DNA from: a virus
Lineage: Duplodnaviria > Heunggongvirae > Uroviricota > Caudoviricetes
Direction: 5' to 3' (one strand)
Virus record (IMG/VR): IMGVR_UViG_3300008108_000006
DNA length: 64,000 nucleotides
Each line of letters opens with the position of its first letter. The first letter of the stretch is position 1. Under the pieces are notes generated by a model. That model was not told the origin of the DNA and did no database searches. It was given only the letters and a program-made list of their open reading frames with translations. Positions 9,664 to 18,289 of the stretch are shown piece after piece. The position numbers were made by a program, and so were the translations under genes.

Positions 9664-9839
9664 GTAAGACATACGAATTAAAATTTACTATCACAATCAA
9701 AGATGAAATGAATGAAGAGTTCCAAGAACTAAAGAATACTATTTTATCAGGTGAACTACAAAGACAGATGTTTGATAACTCAGATAAAAATAAATTTGGG
9801 ATTACCAAACTAACAGCAACCTTAACTGAAAAGAAATGA
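9660..9839 (+). CDS. Small hypothetical protein (59 aa, below the ORF-track cutoff)
   Basis: ATG 9660 is preceded by aggaggt 8 nt upstream and overlaps the upstream stop in ATGA fashion. Translation: MSKTYELKFTITIKDEMNEEFQELKNTILSGELQRQMFDNSDKNKFGITKLTATLTEKK. Confidence 0.4.
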   Translation: MSKTYELKFTITIKDEMNEEFQELKNTILSGELQRQMFDNSDKNKFGITKLTATLTEKK

Positions 9840-9882
9840 AAGAATTATTTTTATTACGTGGAATATCTATTTTGGGATTTAT

Positions 9883-10770
9883 TTAAGGGTTGTTTAACAT
9901 ATTATGATATCTATCAATAAACTTAATTAAGTTGTTATCCAATAACGTTATAATTTCTTGATTTGATAACCTATCAATATCAATTAACTTATATTTAAGA
10001 CCTCTTAAATTACAAAATTCAATAGCCGCACCCGTTTTTAATTTTATAAGAGGACTATCCCATAACTTCTTAGGTTTAATCTCAACCATATATCTATTAT
10101 TAACGATAAAATCGGCAGTATATGACCTCTCAATTAAATTATAGTCTAAATATCTTATAGTTAAATCTTTTGTTTCGGCACTTTCCCATTCTAAATTATA
10201 TCTTTCTATGACTTTAATCATATAAGTTAACTCTTTTAAACTTCTAAAATACCACCCTTTATACCAACCCGACCATCCATTTCCTGAACCTATTGGTGAT
10301 GGTTTACCAAACATATTATTTTTAGTACCAGAATTATTTATAGATTGAGTTTCTCTGTACTTTTTCATTTTTTCATCAGCGAGTTGTTTCCCATATCGTT
10401 CAACCCATACATCATAAAATGAACGACCAAACATAGGATTATTTTCACCCTTTGTTACCTCACTCATTTTTTTCCTAAACTCATCACTACGATAAACAGA
10501 CATGTCTCTATTTATAACAATTTTAATTTTTGTTTCTTCAGTGTGTTTTTTACCAAAGAACGGATTTAATTCGCCTTTCATACCAAACATAGGATTATTT
10601 CTACCCTCAACTCGATCTCTCATTTTTTCACGTCTTTCATCTGTGATTGATTCTTTTATTCCACAACTTTTACATTTACTTTTCTTTAGTTTCGCTTTTT
10701 GGTAGTTGTATTTGCTAGAATATGTAAGTTCTTTATTACACAATGGACAATTTCTAGTATATTTGCTCAT
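9883..10770 (-). CDS. Homing-endonuclease-like protein: N-terminal Cys-rich zinc finger, three NUMOD3-like repeats, C-terminal PD-(D/E)xK-like module
   Basis: CPLCNK ... CKSCG, then repeated NPMFG(K/M)...HTEETK(IK) units as in GIY-YIG/HNH homing-endonuclease DNA-binding regions. C-terminus: FIVNNRYMVEIKPKK. Confidence 0.5.
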   Translation of the reverse strand: MSKYTRNCPLCNKELTYSSKYNYQKAKLKKSKCKSCGIKESITDERREKMRDRVEGRNNPMFGMKGELNPFFGKKHTEETKIKIVINRDMSVYRSDEFRKKMSEVTKGENNPMFGRSFYDVWVERYGKQLADEKMKKYRETQSINNSGTKNNMFGKPSPIGSGNGWSGWYKGWYFRSLKELTYMIKVIERYNLEWESAETKDLTIRYLDYNLIERSYTADFIVNNRYMVEIKPKKLWDSPLIKLKTGAAIEFCNLRGLKYKLIDIDRLSNQEIITLLDNNLIKFIDRYHNMLNNP

Positions 10771-10843
10771 TAAAGTTTGTTTTTTGTTTTTTATTTAATT
10801 ATCTTTGTAGTCTAAACCAAGTAAACCCCTAACAATAAATAGT

Positions 10844-11278
10844 ATGGATATTAAAAAAAACACGAACCCCCCAGTAAAAGAGTTGATTCTCTTGAGGGGG
10901 GTTCCTTAGCCAGGAAGTGGTAAGTCAACATTAGCAAAAATGTTAGTTGGTGATAAAGATTATTGCCACAAAGAAGCGGATATGTATTTTGTGGATAGTG
11001 ATGGAAATTACAATTTCAAACCAAGTGAAATCAAAAACGCACACAAATGGTGCAAAGAAGAGATTGAGTTCGCAATGAAATACGAACATTCACCTGTTGT
11101 AGTATCAAACACATTTACCCAAGAATGGGAGATGGAAGATTATTACAAATTGGCGGAAACCTACGGATATAGAGTTCATTCGTTAATTGTGGAAAATCGT
11201 CACGGTGGAACAAATACCCACAATGTACCCCAAGATAAGTTAGATATTATGAAAAACAGGTTCGAGGTTAAACTATAA
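10844..11278 (+). CDS. Polynucleotide-kinase-like P-loop kinase (T4 Pnk kinase-domain-like) interrupted by an in-frame TAG at 10907-10909. It is either recoded (a hop) or a pseudogene.
   Basis: From ATG 10844 the frame reads MDIKKNTNPPVKELILLRGVP*PGSGKSTLAKMLVGDKDY. The Walker A GxxxxGKST is restored exactly if the CCU-UAG-CCA stretch is bypassed. The ORF track only calls 10940..11278. A TAtcTTTG box lies at 10800-10807. Confidence 0.45.
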
Positions 11279-11284
11279 ACAATT

Positions 11285-11878
11285 ATGGTAGATAATTTTG
11301 AAAGAATAATTGAGTTGTTGGAATTCCCATCTGAGGATACTTTTTATCACCTCCAAATATTGAAGAGGAAGAAAGAGAATCCTGATGTGGGATCCAACTC
11401 TTATTTGGTTAAAACGTATTACATCAAATCAAAGGAATATTTGGATAAGGTAGGTCCTGAGATTGTTTGTTTATGTGAATTCCATAATGCAAGAGCATAT
11501 ATCAATTTAACACCGAGAAGTTTTGAACAATTGGCGTTCCAACATTTGAAAAAAGTTACAGATCAAATCTTGAATAAGGATTATAAGTCAGCACATACCG
11601 CTTATAATTCAGTTTGTGGTGAATATGGTATTAAACCAAAGAGTTGGATTATTGATATTGACTTACCCGGTGATGAAGGACATAAGTTAGGTGATAAGAT
11701 AATGGATTTTATTGAATCTGAGTGTCAACCCTTCGGTGATACAAAGTATGTTGCGACGATTCCAACAAGAAACGGGTTTCACTTAATCACTCGACCATTT
11801 GATAAATCAAAGTTCAAAATTAAATTTCCTGATATAGATATTCATTGTAATAACCCCACAGTGTTATTTTCGCCATGA
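11285..11878 (+). CDS. Hypothetical protein
   Basis: ORF track, 197 aa. Confidence 0.5.
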   Translation: MVDNFERIIELLEFPSEDTFYHLQILKRKKENPDVGSNSYLVKTYYIKSKEYLDKVGPEIVCLCEFHNARAYINLTPRSFEQLAFQHLKKVTDQILNKDYKSAHTAYNSVCGEYGIKPKSWIIDIDLPGDEGHKLGDKIMDFIESECQPFGDTKYVATIPTRNGFHLITRPFDKSKFKIKFPDIDIHCNNPTVLFSP

Positions 11879-11894
11879 CCGTATATTTATTGGT

Positions 11895-12662
11895 ATGGAA
11901 TACAATGAATTTACCGAAGCGTCAGGAGATTTAGGTGGTAGAAGATTTAAGAAAGATACAACCAAAAGAACTCTTAATACTGCCATTTTTAATGGTGCTT
12001 ATTTAACAGATAGAATAAATAAATTATTCAGCAGTAGTGAAATTTCTGATGAAAAATCAAGAATCGCGAAAACTTACGAATTATATAAAGATAAAGGTTG
12101 GATTGGTTTAAATATTGGTAATCTCAAACAGAGAGATAAGATAATGAAAACACCATTACCTGATATCATCTCTAAATCATATAACATCTTACACGATCCT
12201 CGCGGTAATGGTAATAACTTAGAGTTTGAATACAACATCAGAAGTAAAGTTTTTGGTTTTTCCATTCGTGTTTTAATTGATATGGAAGCGAAACGATTCT
12301 TAATTGATGATGGTGAATTTTATTCTGAGTGTTTTCCAACACCATTAGATGAAGAAGGTGAGGTTATGGACGATCGTAACTCAATGTTTGAGGAAGGTGG
12401 GAAATCAACCGTTTCTTTTTCACCTGAACTATTAAATCTGATTGCTGCTTCATCAGGTGGTGGTAGAGTTAGTTCATTTATGAACGAACAAATCCACTAT
12501 GATGTTAGTGAATTGGTTATGAAATATTTGGTAAGAATGTTTGCAAAACAAATTGTAAAATGTGATGAGATCCAATCAAAATTCTCAAGAAAGAAAAACC
12601 CTTACAGTAAGTTAGATGAGGGTGTTTCCCGAATGTTACATTTAATTAAATTATTTGGTTAA
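11895..12662 (+). CDS. Hypothetical protein
   Basis: ORF track, 255 aa. Followed by a terminator at 12676-12703. Confidence 0.5.
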   Translation: MEYNEFTEASGDLGGRRFKKDTTKRTLNTAIFNGAYLTDRINKLFSSSEISDEKSRIAKTYELYKDKGWIGLNIGNLKQRDKIMKTPLPDIISKSYNILHDPRGNGNNLEFEYNIRSKVFGFSIRVLIDMEAKRFLIDDGEFYSECFPTPLDEEGEVMDDRNSMFEEGGKSTVSFSPELLNLIAASSGGGRVSSFMNEQIHYDVSELVMKYLVRMFAKQIVKCDEIQSKFSRKKNPYSKLDEGVSRMLHLIKLFG

Positions 12663-12730
12663 AAATTTTTAGAGAAGGTTTGGTTATTCCAAACCTTTTT
12701 TTTATCTTTGTGGAATATTAAACCAAAGAT

Positions 12731-13465
12731 ATGTTCAAGTTTTATGAGGTAGGCGGAAAAGTCAGAGATGAGATCTTGGAGATTGAGTCCAAAGACGTTG
12801 ATTATGTTGCGGTACCCGGTGAGGATTTATTGAAAGATGTGAATTCGGCACATTCTATGTTTAACATTCTTGAGGGGTACCTCAAAGAAGAGGGGTTTGA
12901 AATCTTCTTGGTGACATCGGATTGTTTCACAATTAGAGCGAAGTTTCCTCAAGGACACAAATATTCGGGTGTTGCAGATTTTGTTATGGCAAGAAAGGAA
13001 ATCGGATATATTCCCGGAACAAGGACACCACTTGTGGTTCCTGGAACATTATACGATGATTTGGAAAGACGGGATTTTACCTTAAATGCTCTAGCCAAAG
13101 ATGGTGATGGTAATATCATTGATTACTTCGGAGGTTTGGAACATTTAAGAAAAGGTTATCTTAAAACACCAATAGATTGCAAGATCACATTTGATGATGA
13201 TCCGTTGAGAATTTTAAGAGCGATCAGGTTTTGTATTACAAAAGGGTTTTTCATTTCACCTTATATGGATGGTGTTATGCAAGATTATGATTATGAAACC
13301 AAAATGCCCGTGGTGTCTGTTGAGAGAATCCGTGAGGAGTTGTATAAGTGTTTCAAACACGACACGATTAAGACACTCAAAACCTTACACGAGTTTCCTG
13401 CTCTTAGGAATTATATCTTCAAAGAGAACATTCTTTGGTTAAAACCAACATTAGAAACAAAATAA
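12731..13465 (+). CDS. tRNA nucleotidyltransferase (CCA-adding enzyme) / poly(A) polymerase head-domain protein
   Basis: VGGKVRDEILEIESKDVDYV is the GGxVRD head motif. RRDFTLNALA matches the RRDFTINA motif. A TAtcTTTG box lies at 12703-12710. Confidence 0.6.
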   Translation: MFKFYEVGGKVRDEILEIESKDVDYVAVPGEDLLKDVNSAHSMFNILEGYLKEEGFEIFLVTSDCFTIRAKFPQGHKYSGVADFVMARKEIGYIPGTRTPLVVPGTLYDDLERRDFTLNALAKDGDGNIIDYFGGLEHLRKGYLKTPIDCKITFDDDPLRILRAIRFCITKGFFISPYMDGVMQDYDYETKMPVVSVERIREELYKCFKHDTIKTLKTLHEFPALRNYIFKENILWLKPTLETK

Positions 13466-13476
13466 ATTATTTTTTT

Positions 13477-13869
13477 ATGACACTTTTGGAACAAATTCAA
13501 AAAACCACTCAATCTTGGATGGTGGAAAAAAATCCAAGAACGAACTTCTTAAAAACCGTTATCGGTGAGTTACAACGATTACCATCCAAAAATCCAACGG
13601 ATGCTGAGGTAATCTCTGTATTGACCAAAATGATTAATGGTGTTAAGGAATACCCTACAGAAACTTCTCAAATGGAATTGGAAGTTTATGAAATGTTCGT
13701 TCCTAAATCATTAACCGAATCTGAGTTAAATAAAATCTTGGTGGAAATGGTTTCAAAATATCCTAACAAATCGGATATGAAAACCATTATGGGTGAGATG
13801 AAATCAAACTATGCCGGACAATACGACGGTAAAGAGGTATCAATGTTTCTTCAACAAAACTTAAAATAA
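13477..13869 (+). CDS. GatB/YqeY-domain protein
   Basis: MTLLEQIQKTTQSWMVEKNPRTNFLKTVIGELQRL resembles YqeY-family N-termini. ORF track 13435..13869, trimmed to ATG 13477. Confidence 0.45.
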   Translation: MTLLEQIQKTTQSWMVEKNPRTNFLKTVIGELQRLPSKNPTDAEVISVLTKMINGVKEYPTETSQMELEVYEMFVPKSLTESELNKILVEMVSKYPNKSDMKTIMGEMKSNYAGQYDGKEVSMFLQQNLK

Positions 13870-13875
13870 AGAATT

Positions 13876-14325
13876 ATGAACAAAGAATCTATTTACAACC
13901 AACCTGTAAAAAATAAAGGACCTTTCAAATATTATGAGGATAAGGAAGGCGTATTCTTTTTTATCGCACTTTTTACACTCGGTATAGGGTTTTTATTTTT
14001 TTACTCTATGTTCGTAGAGAGGACATATTATAAAAATAGGATAACTCTTTTGAAGATTTTGAAAACAAAATCATACGACTCTCTTTCTTATGTTGAGACC
14101 CACGAATCACCTTCTTTTGGTAATATCTCATGTTTCAAGTTGGTTATTGATGGTATAACGTATGAAATTAGTCTGTGGCATAAAAACAATGAATTCACAT
14201 TATCAGGTAATGGTCATTCCGATTATATTGGTTTGTTTAATGGTGATTTAATCAACAAATCATTGGTTAAAGACATCAATAGATATCTTTATGAGTTTTT
14301 ACCAGAAGAACCAAAATTTCGTTAA
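13876..14325 (+). CDS. Membrane protein (one TM helix)
   Basis: ORF track. The segment FFFIALFTLGIGFLFFYSMFV is hydrophobic. Confidence 0.45.
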   Translation: MNKESIYNQPVKNKGPFKYYEDKEGVFFFIALFTLGIGFLFFYSMFVERTYYKNRITLLKILKTKSYDSLSYVETHESPSFGNISCFKLVIDGITYEISLWHKNNEFTLSGNGHSDYIGLFNGDLINKSLVKDINRYLYEFLPEEPKFR

Positions 14326-14352
14326 TTAAGTATTTACTTTTCAAAAAAGGAT

Positions 14353-17300
14353 TTGATTATGTCAAATCCTTTTTTTATTATTGATAGTATGGAAAAACTT
14401 GATTTAAAAAATCTACCCTTAACCGATGGTAAGTTTATTTATCTAGCATCGGTGGATAGTGAGGCACAAAAAGGTTATTACAAAATTGGTTTAACTAAAA
14501 ACATGCACAGTAGAAGTAAAACATCAAAAAGTGCATTCTCAATTGATGATCCTTATTTTATTGACTCCATTGACATTTCAAAATTAACAGACAAACCTCT
14601 TCATGTTGTGGAGGGGGAAGTTCATGATATTCTAACAAAGTTAGGTTACCTCGTAAAAAACGGAAAGGAGTGGTTTATGTTAGTTGGTGATCCTATTAAG
14701 ATCTTCAGAAACGTTCTAAGTATAGTATTAAACAATACGGATTCCTTTAAGAAAATATTATCGTTATTACCCCATCAAAAAGAAGCGTCAAAATTTATCA
14801 ATGAAAGATTCGATTCCGATGATAAGAAATGTTTGATATTCCACAAATGTAGAAGTGGGAAAACATTCATAACAGGAAAACACATCCAAGAAAACAGATA
14901 CGATAATGTATTGTTTGTAACCAATCAACCAACGGTTAATTACCAATGGATTGGATTCTTTGATACTCATCAAGGATTCATGGATTATAGTATTATAGAT
15001 AAAGAAAATATTTCTGAAGTGGATTTTGAATTAAATGAAAAGAGAATTATTTTCTTATCATTACAGGATATTAAAGGTGGGGATGAAGTTTTTGGTAAAG
15101 ATAAATTCAAGAATCTTATACATACTAAAATCGATCTACTTATCATCGATGAGTGTCATCACGGTGTTGAAACGGAAAAAACCACCGAGTTTTTGACAAA
15201 AGTTAATTATGAGAGATTATTAGGTCTATCCGCAACACCGAGTAAGAACCTTTTAGTTGGGAGATTCGCTAAGGAACATACTCATATTTACGGATTGTCA
15301 GATGAAAAGAAGATGAAATTACAATTTCCCGATCAATACCCTTATGCCGATATAAACTTCTTATTGTGGAATCTTTCTAAAAATGAGAAATCTAACTTAA
15401 AGTATTTTTCAGATGAGGAACAATTCAAATTTGATAAGTTTTTCCGAATTGAGAATGGTAATTTTTATTATCAATCGGATATTGAATTTCTGTTCAAAAG
15501 ATTAATTGGTGACCGTTCGGTTTGTGGTCGTGATAAGTTGGGTACAAAATACCCATTAAAAAATCAAGGAGATTTCTCTGATGTTAGATCGGTTCTTTTA
15601 TTTGTCCCTAATATTTCAGTACAAGAAAAATTAAAAGAACTTTTACTGAACAATGAATATTATAAAGATTTTGATATCCACATAACAAATAGTGAGATTA
15701 ACTCTTCAAAAATGTTAATCAATAAAGTTAGAGGAGAATTCACTTCAAAAAGTAAGAGAAGTTTAATCATTGCCGTTGACCAATTAACGATGGGTATCAC
15801 ATTGGAAGATTGTGATATGGTGATGATGATGAATGATTGGTTGTCAATGGACAAATACATTCAAGCATCATTCAGATGTCAATCACCTAGAGAAGGTAAA
15901 GAAAAATGTTGGGTTGTTGATTTTAATGCTGCAAGATCGTTTGAAATGATGGGTGAATATCAAACCATTATTTCAAAATATACCGGCAACGAATTAAAAG
16001 ATCAAATTAAAGAGTGGGTGGAATGTGTTAATATCTATAACCGAATTGATGGTGAGTTCATACCTGTCGATGTTAATACGTTCTTTACCGAATACCTAAA
16101 TACCATAAGCAAACGAATAAGGTTTGATTATCAAAATACGATTAATTTTGATAAATTAACTGATGATGATATTTCTAAATCCTTGTTAAGTTTCGGTTTA
16201 AAAGATGGAACATCATCTTCTGAAACAAAACTTAATGATGATGGGATCGATAAGGGTAAGAGTAAGATCACTAAAAACCTATCACCATCAAATAAAGATA
16301 AACCTTCCGAGATTGATATTAATAAACTTATTGAGATTGCAAAAGCATTGTTGGATAAGACGATGCTTCTGACAATATTCAATAGATTTGAGCATGACGA
16401 TATTGATAAAAATTTTGAAGTTATTTCTAACCATCCTGAACAAAAACAAGCGTATTTAGACACATTATTATTGGGTATTAATGATGCGGAAAATGTTGAT
16501 TTAGACACTATTAAGTATATTTATGATAACGTTTTTGATAAGGATAACATCAATAAAAAACTATTCGAGTTCAATAGAAAAGTGATATTTATATTTGATA
16601 ATATGAGGAAAAATCCTAATATTATAAATATGATGTTACCCGAAGTATTAAAATTGATTGATAGTTATTTAAAACCTTCTAATACCGAGAAAAGGTTGTT
16701 AGGTGAGGTGTTCACACCATTATACGGAAAGCCAGGTTGTGTGGAAGACCAATTAAATTTGATGGAGGATTCTTTTTGGAAAAGAAAAGATGTTAAGGTT
16801 TTAGACCCATGTGCGGGAATTGGAAATTACTCTGTTGTTTTAATTGATAAATTCATGAATGGATTATCTGACGAAATACCGGACTCAGAGGAACGATTAA
16901 AATGGATATTAGAAGAAATCATATGTGTTAATGAATATCAAAGTAAAAACCTATTCATATATCTACAATTATTCGATCCTGAAAACAAATACAAAATGAA
17001 CTTCTACAGGGGTGATTATTTGACATTAAATATTAAAGAAACCTTTGGGGTTGAGAAATTTGATTTGATTTGTATGAATAGTCCTTATCAGGAAGAATTA
17101 AAAACTAAACGAGGCTCGGCTAAACCTCTTTATAATCTTTTCATTGAAAAGGCTATAAAGGATTCTAAAAGGGTTATCTCAATTAACCCAAGTAGATGGT
17201 TTGCTGGTGGTAAAGGATTGGATAATTTTAGAAACATGATGCTTTCAAATAAAAACTTAAAAGAAATCTGTCATATAGAAGACCCAACTTTGGTTTTTGG

Positions 17301-18024
17301 TAATGGTGTTGAAATAAAGGGTGGTATTTCATATTCTTTAATTGATGAAGAATATAATGGAAATTGTGTGTTCAATGGTAATTTAGTTGATTTATCTAAA
17401 TTTGATATAATTGTGAATCCAAAATACTATTCAATATTGAGTAAATTATCAGGAAGAGTTGGATTAGATACAATTTGTAAAGGACAATCATATTCTGGGA
17501 TAAAAACAAACGATAATAGATTATCAAAAGTTAAAGTTGATGATTCTTATATCAAATGTTATGTTAGTCAAGTAAATGGATTAGAAAAATGGATTAAAAG
17601 AACTGATGTTAAAAAATCCGTTGATTTAAGTAAATGGAAAGTAGTAACTGCAGAAGCATCCGGTTCCAATAAAATGTTGGGTAAATTTGGTAATTCATTT
17701 ATAGGATATCCAAATGAAGTTTGTAATCAGAGTTATGATGTTTTTGAAGTTAATAATGAAACAGAAGCTAAATCTTTACTTTCTTATATTTCCACAAAAT
17801 TTGCTAATTGTTTATTATCATTAAGGAAAATATCACAACATATTAAACCAGACACTTGTAAGTGGATCCCAATGGTTCCCTTTGATAGAGAATGGACTGA
17901 TGAACAACTGTTCGATTATTTTAATTTAACTGATGAGGAACGAAACCTTGTCATGACATATGACAAAAAGGATAAACCTAAGTTAAATGTCGAGGTGGTA
18001 AATGAACTTACAACAGTATTATGA
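14353..18024 (+). CDS. Large fusion protein: N-terminal T5orf172/GIY-YIG-like domain, SF2 (Res/DEAD-like) helicase, C-terminal gamma-class N6-adenine DNA methyltransferase
   Basis: KFIYLASVDSEAQKGYYKIGLTKN...R...EGEVHDIL...GKEWF is GIY-YIG/T5orf172-like. CRSGKTF is helicase motif I. LLIIDECHHG is motif II (DExH). VLDPCAGIGNY is MTase motif I. DLICMNSPYQ is motif IV (an NPPY variant). Confidence 0.6.
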   Translation: MIMSNPFFIIDSMEKLDLKNLPLTDGKFIYLASVDSEAQKGYYKIGLTKNMHSRSKTSKSAFSIDDPYFIDSIDISKLTDKPLHVVEGEVHDILTKLGYLVKNGKEWFMLVGDPIKIFRNVLSIVLNNTDSFKKILSLLPHQKEASKFINERFDSDDKKCLIFHKCRSGKTFITGKHIQENRYDNVLFVTNQPTVNYQWIGFFDTHQGFMDYSIIDKENISEVDFELNEKRIIFLSLQDIKGGDEVFGKDKFKNLIHTKIDLLIIDECHHGVETEKTTEFLTKVNYERLLGLSATPSKNLLVGRFAKEHTHIYGLSDEKKMKLQFPDQYPYADINFLLWNLSKNEKSNLKYFSDEEQFKFDKFFRIENGNFYYQSDIEFLFKRLIGDRSVCGRDKLGTKYPLKNQGDFSDVRSVLLFVPNISVQEKLKELLLNNEYYKDFDIHITNSEINSSKMLINKVRGEFTSKSKRSLIIAVDQLTMGITLEDCDMVMMMNDWLSMDKYIQASFRCQSPREGKEKCWVVDFNAARSFEMMGEYQTIISKYTGNELKDQIKEWVECVNIYNRIDGEFIPVDVNTFFTEYLNTISKRIRFDYQNTINFDKLTDDDISKSLLSFGLKDGTSSSETKLNDDGIDKGKSKITKNLSPSNKDKPSEIDINKLIEIAKALLDKTMLLTIFNRFEHDDIDKNFEVISNHPEQKQAYLDTLLLGINDAENVDLDTIKYIYDNVFDKDNINKKLFEFNRKVIFIFDNMRKNPNIINMMLPEVLKLIDSYLKPSNTEKRLLGEVFTPLYGKPGCVEDQLNLMEDSFWKRKDVKVLDPCAGIGNYSVVLIDKFMNGLSDEIPDSEERLKWILEEIICVNEYQSKNLFIYLQLFDPENKYKMNFYRGDYLTLNIKETFGVEKFDLICMNSPYQEELKTKRGSAKPLYNLFIEKAIKDSKRVISINPSRWFAGGKGLDNFRNMMLSNKNLKEICHIEDPTLVFGNGVEIKGGISYSLIDEEYNGNCVFNGNLVDLSKFDIIVNPKYYSILSKLSGRVGLDTICKGQSYSGIKTNDNRLSKVKVDDSYIKCYVSQVNGLEKWIKRTDVKKSVDLSKWKVVTAEASGSNKMLGKFGNSFIGYPNEVCNQSYDVFEVNNETEAKSLLSYISTKFANCLLSLRKISQHIKPDTCKWIPMVPFDREWTDEQLFDYFNLTDEERNLVMTYDKKDKPKLNVEVVNELTTVL

Positions 18025-18271
18025 AATAATTAAAAAAAAAATAGAAAATAACGACTATACCATAACCAATCCAAGAGAAATAAATTCCCATATTGATTCT
18101 ATCATTTACATCATGTGGGAATTTATGTTGGATAGGAATGATGAAAGAATTGTTGAGGTTTTTGAGAATATCTGTATTCCTACTGGTGTGAATACCGGTG
18201 ATGTGAATATTGACTTCAAAAAATACTCTGTGGAACAATTTTTAGAAGAAGTGATGAAACTTAAAGATTAA
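18002..18271 (+). CDS. Hypothetical protein
   Basis: ORF track, 89 aa. Overlaps the end of the large fusion gene. Confidence 0.4.
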   Translation: MNLQQYYEIIKKKIENNDYTITNPREINSHIDSIIYIMWEFMLDRNDERIVEVFENICIPTGVNTGDVNIDFKKYSVEQFLEEVMKLKD

Positions 18272-18289
18272 TTTATTACCTTTGTCCTC

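Noticed and set aside
10895-10912. Amber-suppressor or stop-codon-reassignment explanation for the TAG in the kinase gene, as in recoded Bacteroidetes phages
   Set aside because: No other in-frame TAG or TGA was seen in about 100 genes here, including the long 1104-aa and 1223-aa ORFs. Simple readthrough would also leave a non-canonical P-loop. A hop or a 6-bp insertion fits better.
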